NCBI RefSeq assembly: GCF_964204645.1
Contig: NC_134025.1
Location: 1,984,001-2,048,000, forward strand
From: Tubulanus polymorphus
Lineage: Eukaryota; Animalia; Nemertea
DNA length: 64,000 bases
Direction: 5' to 3'
Below the pieces are notes generated by a model. The model did no database searches and was not told where the DNA came from. It saw nothing but the letters and a program-made list of their open reading frames with translations. Positions 14,501-28,145 of this stretch are shown here, piece after piece (positions within the stretch are counted from its first letter, which is position 1; the number at the start of each line of letters is the position of its first letter). Position numbers and translations under genes: made by a program.

Positions 14501-17500
14501 CTATCGGTTTTAACCGGTCGTGTGATGGAGAGATAGTAACAACGTTGGTAACAGTCAACGTATCGAGTCTCTACAGGTTTCCAGTTATATAAAATTCATT
14601 TCACAAATTTACCATAATGCAACATAAATGTGATATAAAAAACCAATTTTTGCAACATGCGTGAAAATATAGGCCATTCAACTTAACAAAATGGCAGCGA
14701 GTAAGTGATGTAAACTGGTTTATCAGGGGATTAATACTGGCTGAATATGAGGATCAAGTGGCTCTACCTAGTGATAAAATACCAAAACGCAAATTCAGGC
14801 GGCAAAACTTCCTAAAATGCGACGATGTTTGTATTTTGAATTTCATATTCTGTTTACTATTGCTCTTATTCTGATAGACTGTTGTTTGCTTTATTAAACC
14901 ATTGTATAAACGCACGAAGATGAACGATTTTCGCATAGAATTTTCATTCGACTGAAGTCGTTTGCAAATGAATTTATAAGCAGGAAAATTATTCCTAAGG
15001 GAAATGTAAAAAATCAACAGTAATATCGTCAATCTTTTCGATTGAATATCCGGCGAGGGAAAACGACGATGATGATGATGATGAAAACGCATAAAATTTG
15101 AAGTGTATCAATCTATCTTATAAACATAAATTCACGAAATCATAAAATATTCATACAAATAAACCAATACGGATGATTGATATGAAACTGAAAATTCCAA
15201 GCGAAATATTTCTTTGCATGGGTAAGCAAGTGAAAATATATAGATGCATTATTCATAGTCTGGATTGAAACATGAAATCAGATAATGAGCGACTGAGTGA
15301 GATCGCGATAGGTTCACATCCTCTGAGACCTGAAGTCAAGTTGTCCATTATCGCCGCGTGAACAATTCAAAAGCGGGTGATAAATTCAGCCCACAATGTT
15401 AAAGAAAAATGAGTCTGAAAGGTTTCCCTGATCGAGTATAGTCTTTTTCTAGTTTTACGAACTAAATAGTGTTTTATCAGTCAACACTTCTTATATAACA
15501 GAGACGAATCATACGATTAAAGCACGCGAAAATCTTAGAAACATCGTTTTTACAAGCAAAATATTTCAAACACGGTTCAGTTAGAAATTCGATTAAATGA
15601 AGCTTTTATCGCTGATATGCGGAAGGAAAATTAAACGAACAAATATTTGACAAACGTTAAAACGATGACAAATAGTCGTCAGTTATATTGGGGATGATTT
15701 TTTGTTTGGTGTTTAGGGAATTAACAGTTAGAAACAGACACTAAGGCTTCATGGCTGAAAATATAGACATCTAAAAGGCTGCAATACTTTCCATGATTTT
15801 CATTCGGAATCGATGTGCCCAGAGGCTGAATAAAATATTTCAATGTCAATCGAGTTTATCTCTTTTCAGGTCAATAATTATATGAGTCATATGCTCCAGT
15901 AGATTATCTAAAAGAATCGCCAATCAATTTGACTCTTAATCAAAACGTATATCGAAAGTGAAAATCTTCTAATTAGAAAGGACACAATATAATTAAACTT
16001 TTTATTTTTTTTCTCTTTCTCGTTATTCAGCTTTAATGCAACGCATGCCTGTTGACTTCAACATGCTTAAAACAATATTTGATGAAATGTACTTTGACTT
16101 GTCGATTACGGCCAAAATGACGTATTTTAACGTAACGACCGAATACGGGTTTTTACTTCATACAGTTCTTCTTCTTAAGTCCACCAATTTAAAAAAAAAC
16201 TAAAGTAAAACATTTCCGATGCATCTATGTTATTCTTCTTCAAATAGCAATTTTATTTCTTAACCTAACACTTAACTTCAAACCTATAACCACGATAAGT
16301 GGAGTAATAAAACTACAAAAAAAAAACATTATCCGTATCGTTGTGGCTGAAGAATATTCTGTTTTATGAAATTATTTTTGTTCCGGTCATAATTCTACAA
16401 AACAAATTGATTTTTCGTCTCAGGTTTCAACAAAGCAAATCATGCCAATCGTTTTCGTGTAGCATGAAAACGCTCTCTCTCTCTCAAACACACACAAGCG
16501 AGTCGACGAATATTAAAAGAAATAATTCACGTCCTCTCCCGAAGGATATTTCCACTTAAACCGTCGACCATTTGTCGAGCCATTTCTGCCGATCAATGTA
16601 ACAAAATCAGCAGGAAATTCATTTCATTGGGTCGATTTTTCACCTTATCAGCTGCGACCATGTACGCCATTCAGACAATCAGTCGGTCTTTTGCTTATGA
16701 AATTGCCTTTGGATGTTCTTTGCCATGTGACTAATTCTTGCAGGTTTTTTCATAAAAGCGTCACCACCAATATCTAAAGGCAAATTCACCTCCTAACATT
16801 TCAAAGCGACTTCCTCCGAATGCCAGTAAACAAGGGAAACGTGATCCAATATTGTTGATAATAAGTGATTCGACTGAAAACCACTAAAAGCAAGAACGCA
16901 CTCAGAAAATGAACCGTACGAAAATAATCGAATGAAGACATTGTCCGCGTAAAACCATAGAAAACAGATCGCGTGCAATTTCGAATATTCAGTTTATACG
17001 GGTTAAAATAAACACAATAATAATGTTCATGATATTTGTAAATTTTTTTTGTGACTTTTTCGCGTTTAGTTTTAGAAAATAGAAAAAAAGTTGCACAATC
17101 GGAACCTGTATCATTATGTAACATCTTGGGTTCCCATAGTGGCAGTTGTATGACGCCTTTTACTATGAGAGTTGTCGACAGCAAGATGAATTATAGGGGT
17201 ACTCTGTGGTGACTATAGGACAATAACAGAATCGTGTTCAGCATGATTAATCACAACCCAAACAGACAAACTTCCCATCTTTGTGTTACTTATGCATTCA
17301 TTGCCGCTCTTAACGTTTTCAATGGGCGCCTTTTTAGTAAATCAGTGAATTGAAAGGTATAGCGTTCCAGACTATTTCATTTTGAAAAAAAGAAAAAAGT
17401 CAAAACGTGTCAACGTGTACCAAGGCTACGTATGGTGCATGGGAAAAAGGATTTTTGAAATCTCCATTGACGTAATTCTATAGATGATCTTCTATCGGTT

Positions 17501-17659
17501 CCGGTTAAAAGATCACAGATGTGAATTTTCTTCAGGGAATATGTTACGACTATTGAAAAGTACATTTCAGAGCATATTTTTTGAATAGATAAATTGAACT
17601 CGTTCGAACGCCGCAGTCACCTCGGCATCTACTTATTATCAAAAAACAAAAACAAAGAT

Positions 17660-18050
17660 ACTTATAGAATAGAACATAGAACATATTCTTATTAGTAGTT
17701 TATTCGTAATCAAAGTGTGTACTACACTTGTATGACAGATAATCAAAATTACAAATCTTAACAAAATAATTTAGTCAAAATTACATCTTGAAAAAACAGA
17801 AATATTTAGCTGATGGAGTAGCTATATTTACTCAGTTTCGTCGCCTCGAAGCATTCTCCGTCTACTGAACATTGAAATCAAATATCTTCCAACAGATCTA
17901 AGTTTTCCGATTGAATTAGTAGTTAGAAGTTGAATAAATCTTGCCATGCTAGGATGCGTTCTAAAATAACGAGGTAAGAGATTACTTCGAAGCGAGTTGT
18001 ATGAGGGGCAGGACATGAGAACGTGATATTCGTCCTCAATTTATTGTCCC
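17660..18050 (-). mobile_element. 5'-truncated non-LTR retrotransposon (LINE) 3' end, RTE-X-like ORF2 C-terminus
   Basis: Minus frame reads IEDEYHVLMSCPSYNSLRSNLLPRYFRTHPSMARFIQLL..., the EDExH-x4-CPxY C-terminal zinc-knuckle region typical of invertebrate LINE ORF2. It is followed by a stop, AATAAA and a short TATGTTC/TATTC simple-repeat tail near 17665-17685. Confidence 0.75.
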
Positions 18051-18102
18051 CGAAAGTTATTATTTTCTTTATTGCATTTCTCTTTTTTTTCTTTTCTCTT
18101 TT

Positions 18103-18243
18103 GAGGGACCTGTTTTATACAAACTATTCCTTAGTTTCTACAGGCCCCTCCAGGTCTAATTTACTGTATTTTGTATTATGCTTTGTACACTATGCTGTAA
18201 ATTATATCTGAAAAATAAAGTGTTCAAATCAAATCAAATCAAA
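18103..18243 (+). mobile_element. LINE 3' UTR fragment (CR1/L2-like) with (TCAAA)n tail
   Basis: GGGACC...GGCCCC hairpin-like segment, T-rich UTR, then AATAAA followed by TCAAATCAAATCAAATCAAA. Confidence 0.55.
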
Positions 18244-21200
18244 GTACAAAAGGACAATATAACAAAAGACAAAAAGACAATACTCGAGCAAAAAGACAAT
18301 ATAACATGGCATACAACATATACACACCAATATCTAAACAACATATGAATTGTTTAAGTTCGAAAAGAGCAAATCATTTTATGAATTGAATTATTGAAGT
18401 TGTTTTCTTTGTTAATGTTTGGTACCGGTGAGTAAGTGTCGCTGTTTTGTGCGGGACCTGTGCACGAGACTCGTCGCATTCAACATGCGACCAAATTCAT
18501 CACAGTCTTCATTTATAGAATATATGATCACAAACTATTAAATGAGATGTCAGAGATGCGGTTTTGAATAGGAGCAAATGGAACGTGAATCTTAAATCAT
18601 TCTTAGATTATGCGTTCAAACATTTTTGCAAGGAACTCCTGAATGGTACAAAAAATGGATTCTAGAAGTTCAGTTCACCTAGGTGTGGTTATGAAAACAT
18701 AATTCCATATGATAAAAATGTCAAGGCGCTGTGAATATATGAAAAAGCCCTTCGGCGGCGTTATGGCAATTACAGGGATTTTCTCTGATTTCAGAGATCA
18801 CTCAGTTTTTGAGACAGAAGAAAATAACAAAGAGAAATTCGATCAATTTGTGCTTTATTTCGAACAATGCGAATGAATAGATCCAATGTTGGTAGCGCTC
18901 TACACGTACTTGTACATCGATGGTTAGACCCAAGATTCGTACATAAACGAAGCTAAGTTTTGACACACCATACGGACATTATTGAACCTCCACGAGGAAT
19001 ATCAATTCTTTTGAAAATTCGAAGATATTTCTAGTTCATTTTATTTCCCTTGAGCCGTTCTCTGAATATGAATACGTCCAAATGGTAGAATGGTAGCTTC
19101 ATCTAATTCTTAATTATACGTTAGCAAGAAGTGAGTTATACCTCCCATGAGATGTAGAAACCTCGCAGAAACTTTGACATGCTATTGACATATTGCTGAT
19201 GTGATATCAATGTGTCTTGTCACTGTATTAATTGCCAAGTGGTGACCTTCTGCTCCACAATCCTATTATGAGAAGATAATCATACCATATTCTACTGTCT
19301 TTGATGACTTGAATCCAATTTATATTATAACCAGGGGGTTTCGAAGATACTGCACATCTTTTGTTTGGTTTTTGACATTATGACGGTAATTTCTACGCCC
19401 TGTGACGCCCAGCAAACATTCTTAATCTAGAAATGATATGATATAGTCCCGAGTTGACGAAAAGCCATAAAAAAGTCTGCATGCGCTCCGTGTGCCGGTG
19501 TTATACCGGCAATAATCTTGTTAATTTGACGGAGGCTTTTTGTGTTAAAGCTTTCATACAGCCGCACGTACCAGCCTCGAGCATCATAGTTTCATTTAGT
19601 AAAAAGACGAACAGATAATGAAACAGACACAGAATGGGAGCGACAGATCATTGTTCAGTCGCTTCTATGATTGACCGAAGCGCTGAAAAGCAACAGAAGG
19701 CCTTTCAAAGAAACAACTAAACTCATCTCGGAAAAATGTACGCGCAAACAGTATAATCCCTTAATTGCAAGAATTGTCATAAAGGCTTCGACTGAAAATC
19801 TCTGACGATAAAAAAACTGTACTCCGAGAAAAAGAGAGAAGTTCAATAGACAATGGGTTCTTTATACAGTTGCAGTCATTGTAACAAGTAAAATAAAATT
19901 TTCCTGCCGTATCAGTTATAGATCAGTCATCCTCGACGCTGAAACGAACCAACAGGTTTTCGCTGAATATTTACGAACGGATAGGCTTTCAGAAAATCTA
20001 ATTCCGATGATTATTTGACCGCAACACGCCGACGTTTGATGATGACACTGTTTTAGTTGACTGGTCACGTGAATGTAAGAAGATGTGATTAAGGAGAAAT
20101 TGTTATCGTGTTCAATTCCACTTGATCAGTTCATGTTAGATCTCGTAAACCACGTAGGCATGAAGGCGTATGAAGTGATATGTCTTTCATTATACAGTGT
20201 GGCGGCAAAGAGACACCGTATGACATTAAATAATGCTTACTTCATCACACAGCAAGTGTCGTCGCATCACTGATGTAAATTTGAACAGGTAGATCGAGTC
20301 CCTCTGAGACCTGAACCTCATACTGCAAGTGTCAGCTTAGAAGATTGGTGCACCACCAGAAAATCTCCCCTGGGAAATGAACAAGGGTTTGCGGAACGAC
20401 GTCGAAATTAAGAAAAACCAAAGTCTATTCACGAATTCGTCTGTATCCTTATTGCTTGCCTTATTATATCGAAATTAACTGTCATGAGTGATTTGAGTTT
20501 TAGTGCACGGAGCGATGACAGGTGGAGAATGGTGCGTACGAAGCAAGATGCAGATTATCATGAATAGAAGTAATAGATTACAGTTCTGTTATGGCTGCCA
20601 GAAAACAGATTGAAAGCAGTCTCCGAGGCACAGAAGTAAATAACAAGTCAAAGACTTCATAATATGGAGATAATTGCTGTTTGGTGAGATAACAGTTTGG
20701 CAAGTCGAAGCCCTTTGTCATCCGTACAGAAAAAAGAGATTACCCAAGATCGGTGTGTGTACAAAGCTCTATTCTCATCATCGAAGACTCGCCAAATATT
20801 GGACTACTGTGGTTCCTGATTAGTTGCATTTAATAGCTTTCCATCTCCTGATTAAAACATCATCGTCTACAAACGATTTTTTCGCCTACATCTTCGTATC
20901 GCGTGTGCGTCGGGAATTCCTCGATAGGTAAACCATCGATGAAACAACACTCTGCTCAGTCCGTATTCAAACGATGACGTCAAATCCCCCACAATAAAAT
21001 TGAAAATGAAGATTACTTCTATTTTTTCCATTTATCAATGCTGACAATTTTGATCTTGGAATAGGGATTGTGCATCTTACTTATTTGATAGGATGAGTTG
21101 ATTTGCAAACCCACCATCCTTGCTGGGTATAAAACGGCAATGAAAGAATATAGTGAAACTAACCTAGCTCTAAGAAACATTTCTGACTCTATATTCTAAA

Positions 21201-24200
21201 GTTTTATGGTAGGATTTTTTATATTTTCCTCTTAGATAACCTCCGTGGCGCGAGTGTTGAGAGATTGATTGAGAAATATATCAAAATATCAGTATTCGTT
21301 CTCAAAACATTATTTCTTTATCAGGGCATACATATGTATATATACACGATATCCAAACATATCAAAATGAATACAATGCACGAATAACTGAAGATTATAA
21401 ATAAGTCACATCGTTTCCAAAATGAAGGTCTCCTCCTGCGATCCAATATCTAGCCTTGGTTTCCCGCTATCGTTTCTAAGCGGTTTATCAAGTTATGTTT
21501 ACATTACTAATAATGATAGCGAGTTTGGGTTAATCAAACTGAATTGTAATTAGAATGAGTGAGAACAACACATTTTCATGTAGAGACATCGTCGACAGAG
21601 AGATCGCTGAGACTTGATTGAATCTCGCAATAATCCGGCAGCTTCATTTACAATCGGCAGTCCATCACGAAGACCTGTTATATTAGATCTGTACGTCCCT
21701 GAAGGATTTAAACCCTCCCTGACGAGACTGTGTTCCGATGCCTCTCCTAATCTAATCATAAGACGGATGGTCGCTTTATTGTCAATCCCTATTAGAAATA
21801 AACGTCCGGTTAAAATAAAACAGGCCACAACTTCGCTACGATAATTACCGAGGAAGACAAATTAAGCAGCTTTTGTAAGACCTCAGTCAGTCATGGGTTT
21901 GCCGTAACGAAATTACAGAGAAATTGTATCTTCGTAATAAGTTTGAATTATCAGACCTTTGGGATGTCTGGTCCATGTTGATGTTTCGAATATTGTGTTC
22001 TGCGAGCTTAAGATGAAACGCTGAGTCAAATCACCCATCTGTTTTAGATCTTTTGTCGTAGATTATAATTTTTTTTTATTTCCATGTAACAAAGAAAACG
22101 CCAGAGCGATCGTTTTGAATTAGGACTTGTATTTTCCATTCTGCTACCATCAGTACTCTCTCCTCTCTATCTCTCGCTAGTGGTAATTAGCCATTTTTTA
22201 CTACAGTGAACACAGAATTTAATGATTTGTCTGAAGATACTGGTAATCAATACAGAAGAGCATTACAGATAGAAATGTATAACTCCTACTAATAATGTCG
22301 TCATCTCATCTTAATACTGAAAGGCTTACACGCTGTTAATTATACAACCGGAGACGGTCGTATGACGTCTACGAATCATTTCTAATTCCTGCCTTAAAAG
22401 AAAATCTGGTTTACGTTGACAATTTAATCACAGCATGCCGAACCACAAGACAACAGCCCAGCTGACAGTGGGGGATGGTGAACCGGATTATATAAATCTT
22501 ATTAACGCAAGAAAGGTAATCAGATGAACCGCGTGGTATAGGCTTCCGTAATTGGACATTTATAATCTCTCGTAGATTGAGCCGATCAGAAATTACAAAA
22601 TGTCACCTGCGATCGTAAAAAGTCAATGCTTGCATCGAACAACAAAATCCATACCCTTGTAGAATGAAGATTATACACCGAACAATGGATTCTCTGGAAC
22701 AAATCAAAATTCGACTGACATAATCCGGATTATCGCGATATTCTTCATACAGTTTATAACTGCGGCGAAAGTCAATCATAACAACCGATATATGGTTAAA
22801 ACTCACTACAAAGAATTAAAAACGAATTCTAACGAATATTTTAATCTAGAATCAAAAACACGACTTTCCGAACTCTTTATGAGACCAGTTCTTCGTTTGA
22901 AATCTTTTAAATGTGTTGGGTTCTAACGATTATACGTCCGATTGTAGCTACCGGTTATTCTACTAAAACAGTGAATATTCTGATGAGCATCTTTTTAACA
23001 TTATCCCAGTCAAGAGGCACATTATTAGACTGGGTCGATTAGAATACCGGTCTCAGTGATCGTCAACCATAAGACATTAACAGCAGAAATTCTGACCCGA
23101 AGGACTAGACAATGATCTTCATCTGATAAACCACAAACCACACCCTAACACAATCACCGCTCTAACCTATTAAACACTGTCTCAAAGGAAATACAATAAA
23201 GTGCAAGATCATTAGCAATAAAATAACGAATATTATTTATAAGTATAAGTGGCTCGATAGATGATGTATTATGAAAAAATTCATCGACAATTTTATTAGA
23301 ATCAAATTGTGACGATTCCCAGGTACCCCGTTAGTAGACATTGTCGCATTGAGTAGCACTGGCGCGTCATGGGTTCTTTAACACCCATCAATAAATTATG
23401 AGGTTATATTAATCTATTTTCTTTCATTTGATTTTTCACTTGTAAATACCCACCCGGTTCAAACTCCCTCATGACTCTACGACGACAAGAGGATTTCTAG
23501 AGTCCATGGACATTTGGATTATACAACATAACAAATGCTCCATCTTTAATTGTAAGGGTTACCGAGGACCACACCCGAGATGTATAAGATTACATTGATA
23601 TGAACGGAAAATTAGCCCGGGTTGATGGAATCTGTATAGTATATCTATACCCGATTAGCCTTACATCTTCACAGGTATTTAGGGATTTCTTACATGACAA
23701 TACAGCAATCTCTTAATCAATCAGCGGATGTATTTCATATTATCACCGCTGTTAGATATATCTATATCTTACCCGCCTCGTATATGAGATATTGATAACT
23801 CATCTCCTCAGACATTTATAGAGCAATATCTCAAAAGTTTTGAAAATAGCCATCGATACATTTTGGCAATGACGAATTCCAACTCGTCTCAGTGTCTGAT
23901 TAGGTCCAAAAACCCACACGCGTACTATAGGTATTCTTTACAGTATTCACTTTTCACCTCTAGCACTTTGGATAGATCGTGTGGTTGGAGTCGGTGGTTA
24001 GATCATCCAGTTACAGCCTCAGTCCCGTCCAACAGTTCAGGGTTACGGCAGCAGAAAACCTTAAATATTGGTAACAAGCGATGCGTTCAAATATTTCTTA
24101 CGCACCACAATTGCGTGTTTAAAGTTTTCCAATGGAAGCTGATCCAAGTAATCAATACATAAAGACTGAAGGCGGTAGAATCCAGTTTCATCTGTTTGAA

Positions 24201-27200
24201 GGTTTTTCTCACTACGATATAATCATCTGTATGTATATGCATACTGCAACGACGCACAGGAGACATTCTTCATTTGATAATTGATGATTATAGGCGAAGA
24301 AAGCTCGATTGCCAGTAGATACGCACGTAGAAGACATTCGTGAAGTATTTTAGAAAAGAACCTTCGGATACGTGCGTCGTAATCTTCTTACATCAAACAG
24401 AATGATGTAAAGACAACCTTTTATGTATCAATGGCGAGGTGGAGTTCAGTAATAGCCGCAAGTCATTCGGAGAAAGCTGAAGAATTTAAGTAGAGAACAT
24501 GTGTATCTCATCCTTCAGGATATTTACTTTATAGATACGCTGAAATTATTGTATATCATCAATGCAATAGATTTGAGATAGAATCTTTATAGTTATCCTA
24601 GCAAATACCCGCCAACAGCATGGGTAGAAATCGCTGAAATGCAGTAACGTCACTGATGTACGTGATGCTATTTCTCGGGGTTTTGATTGAACATTGAAAA
24701 ATATCAAGCCCTTAGGACTTTCTACGCATATCCGCGGTAATGTTTATATATAACAACATTGACAGACGGAAGAAAAGTACAAACATTTCCTCGCCACCGT
24801 CAATCATATCAATCATATCAATCATATCTATATGATTGATATATTTTGTATTTGTATAGTTTGATATTTTGTTTAAATCGAAGAAAACGAACAAATTCAT
24901 TACATTTCACGATTCAGGGCAACAATATTTCTCAAAAGGTCACTGAAAACCTGACCATAGAATATATGATAGTTCATGATCGTGTTACACGGAGCAGCAC
25001 CTGCTGATATGAAATAGTTCGGAAAAACGAACTACAGTCTGTTCTGCTGTCGATTTGATGTGATCGATCGATTATTCCAAATATGAATAACATGAATTAA
25101 AAAAAAACGAAAAGCAAATGAAAAGATTCGGGTATAATAATAATGACAAGGTCGGTGAACACAATAAACAGCGCATTGACGTCGCATAAACCGCAAGTTA
25201 TTCCCGAGATCTGAGAGATTTTCTTAAAGAGCGTCGAGGGATGCATCAATTATCGGATGACTGAAGAGACCTATTAACACTAAGCGAGTCACGTCAAACT
25301 TATCTCGATTCCACAAAGACAACTGTACCGTTATATCGAGTTATGCCAAATTGACTTCTTACAATCGTAATCAGAGAACGCGACAAGCACGCCGATTTGC
25401 TTTTACATCCCGATAATTTCCATTGGACGTTATTGACAAGAAAGGCGGAACAGTTCTCGTGTTATCTGATGTGGCAGCAAATATGCTCCGTGCGACTTCA
25501 GTTGATAAACGACGACAGTTTAACGACTTGTCAATAAGTAGCAATTTCCTTGAGCCGCAGTCACCGGAAGGCTTTGTTTAGAAAGCGAACATCGCGGCGT
25601 CCGTCGAGACCGATCTCTCAAGGAACCGAACGTGAAACTTGAAAGATAACTTGTCACTCAAATCAGTCAGCGATGAATCGCGGCTGAAGATCAATTACAA
25701 AATGATTAATAATCCATTCTCTGTAATTGGATATTAATCGCAAGCGAAATAACTATTTAAAGAGAAAAGAAATGAACACCTTTTATTTATACGCTGATTA
25801 TAATATAATGTTTGATGCTTGTATCTGATTGAATAATTATTTTGAAAATTTTTTTAAATTATTTCCAAAAATTAGTTGAAGAAAGTAAAATCGAGCCTGT
25901 TAGGTTTCGACTCTTGTTCTTGTAGCAATACTGGATGTCGAAGTTTCGTAATACAACGTGTTAGAAATTATAAAAATATTTAAAAAAAAGACAAAAACCA
26001 TTCAGACTTGACATCGATCATCCATTCACTCATATTTCATCAGTTCCATTGAGAATGCTTCCACGTCCACCAATTTCAACGCGGCTTCACTTAAAACTAA
26101 AATCTTTGTTTTGTAACTGAACTCCTTGGTTTTGTCACGTAAAAACAGGTCTCGGAGGCTCGACAAAACGTGTGCCATCAAGCGCAGTCAATCATCTGTA
26201 TAAAAGGCAAGAATGCGCGGGAGAAAACTGGTCCCATCGGACCAAATTAAAGTCAAACACGCCAGTCACACGCCTATATTATTAATCCATTGATCAAAGC
26301 AAAAGCAATCGCCATTATCTGGCGCTCATTACCCGCATTTCTGTTAACAACCTACACAGAACGTTCTTATGTCCACAAATAATGATTGCTGAAGCGTCGC
26401 GTGTTGATAAGACAGCGCAGCCAACATCAGTTCACATCTACCGTTCATAATTGAAAAATCCATTTAAAAAATTAACTCAAATACGTCTCGCGTCGTCCAG
26501 GGATTTACTGACAATTAAGAAACGACTGATAATGTTTAACGCTGAAAAAGTGTCATAATATTTAACTATCATCTCATTTCAGTCACAAGGGGTGGTTTTG
26601 ATAGTTGCGTTTAGCAAAGAATTACGTTCATATACAAAACGAGATGAAATCTTTATCAAATCCGTTATATTCTAATACACGTGAATAATTCTCAATTTCT
26701 TCATCGTTGTTGGGTTTTTATTTTAGATTTCTTGTACGGATGGATGGAAATATCGTTCTATATTTAGGACATTACATGTACATCACTTTCTCACAGTATG
26801 TGTATATATGAATATAGGTATCTATTTATCTGTCTGGCGAGCAGACGATAGCGGCGGTGGCGGCGGCGCGTTGAAGTTCCGTCTATCAATAAATAACGTC
26901 CCTTCAACGATATAAACATGAACCGAATTATAAACTACGATTGATTTACATTAAGAGTCATTTACATTATTCGCAAAACCAAATAGTAATTAGAGTCGTC
27001 ATCGGATGAGTCGTCACGTTACTGAACTCGTGTATATTTTTTTAGGTCTCAATTTGTATTTCTAATTCAATTTACTAAGTGTATATAAGTCTTCATTTGG
27101 ATAATGACCGTCCAAACTACGACTTCTTACTATCCAAGTTGGATTTAACTGAACACATTTTGCGTTCAATTCTATCCGGCCGTTAATTTACTGATTAGAA

Positions 27201-28082
27201 TAGTCATCGCATAAATTCACATCAATCGGACTCCGAAGTCAAAGTCAAGCATTGTCTGTGGAAAAATGACTCAATAGTTAATACATGTATATGCAGAAAG
27301 CGGCATACACGATGAAAGACAAAAAATAAAAACATACATTTGCATAATAATGCTTGAGTTATTTTTAATTCTTTCCTCATGACAAAAACGTCTGTTTAGC
27401 ATTTCACTTTCGTTCACGCGAATCCAAACCTAACCACGAGTAGCACTAAAGAACGGCGTAACATTGTTCATAAATGTTTCAAACTCAAAGAAAATAGCTT
27501 CCACGCAACGCAGTGCGCAGAATTATGAAGAAGGAGGCACTTGAAAGTTGCGGTGAATACAACTATTGACAACTTCCAATTATGCTCGCACTCAAACAAT
27601 TTAAGATCAGCTGGTTGCCTCCAGAAAATGCACTTCAGCACTGGTAGCCTCTTCAACTGGGTATAAACGGTAGACGCTGAAGCCACTAATTGGAAAGTGT
27701 CATTTGAATTATTAATCTGTGGAGATATTGAAACTATCATGTTTTTTAAAATTCATTTGCCGCGGCAAAACGGATGAGACCATCTTCACATATACGCACG
27801 TATCAGAAAAAGCTTGAGATGTTAATGGATAAATTGCCCCGTTTTGCCAGCATAAAAACCAATAACTTCAACTGAATATTATTAGAATAACACAGCTGAA
27901 ACTGACAACTAATTAAATCCAAATAAATTCTGCATTTATTTTCTAGATTTTATCGCGTTAGGATAAACAGAATTTTGAATGAAATTCTCGATATCGTTTT
28001 AGAATACAGACTCTACCGACTGTATTGTAGCAAGAATTGGGAAATGATGCACCGTTATATATATATATACGTATATATGACG

Positions 28083-28145
28083 GGTGATGGTGGATAGCGC
28101 TGGTGATGTTCAATGTCTGAGGTTTCGAATCCGCGGGGGAGGAAG
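28083..28145 (+). mobile_element. degenerate tRNA-derived SINE head
   Basis: A-box-like TGGTGGATAGCGC and B-box-like GGTTTCGAATCC; no cloverleaf. Similar B-box relics lie on the minus strand near 35125 and 40010. Confidence 0.4.

Noticed and set aside
21550-21844. Overlapping ORFs on both strands (92 and 76 aa)
   Set aside because: No recognisable motif, non-ATG starts and no convincing splice boundaries.
21500-26400. Enrichment of TAATCC/GGATTA homeodomain sites
   Set aside because: The occurrences I counted do not exceed rough expectation for this AT content.
28083-28145. tRNA gene
   Set aside because: A/B-box-like motifs only, without acceptor or anticodon stems; treated as a SINE relic.
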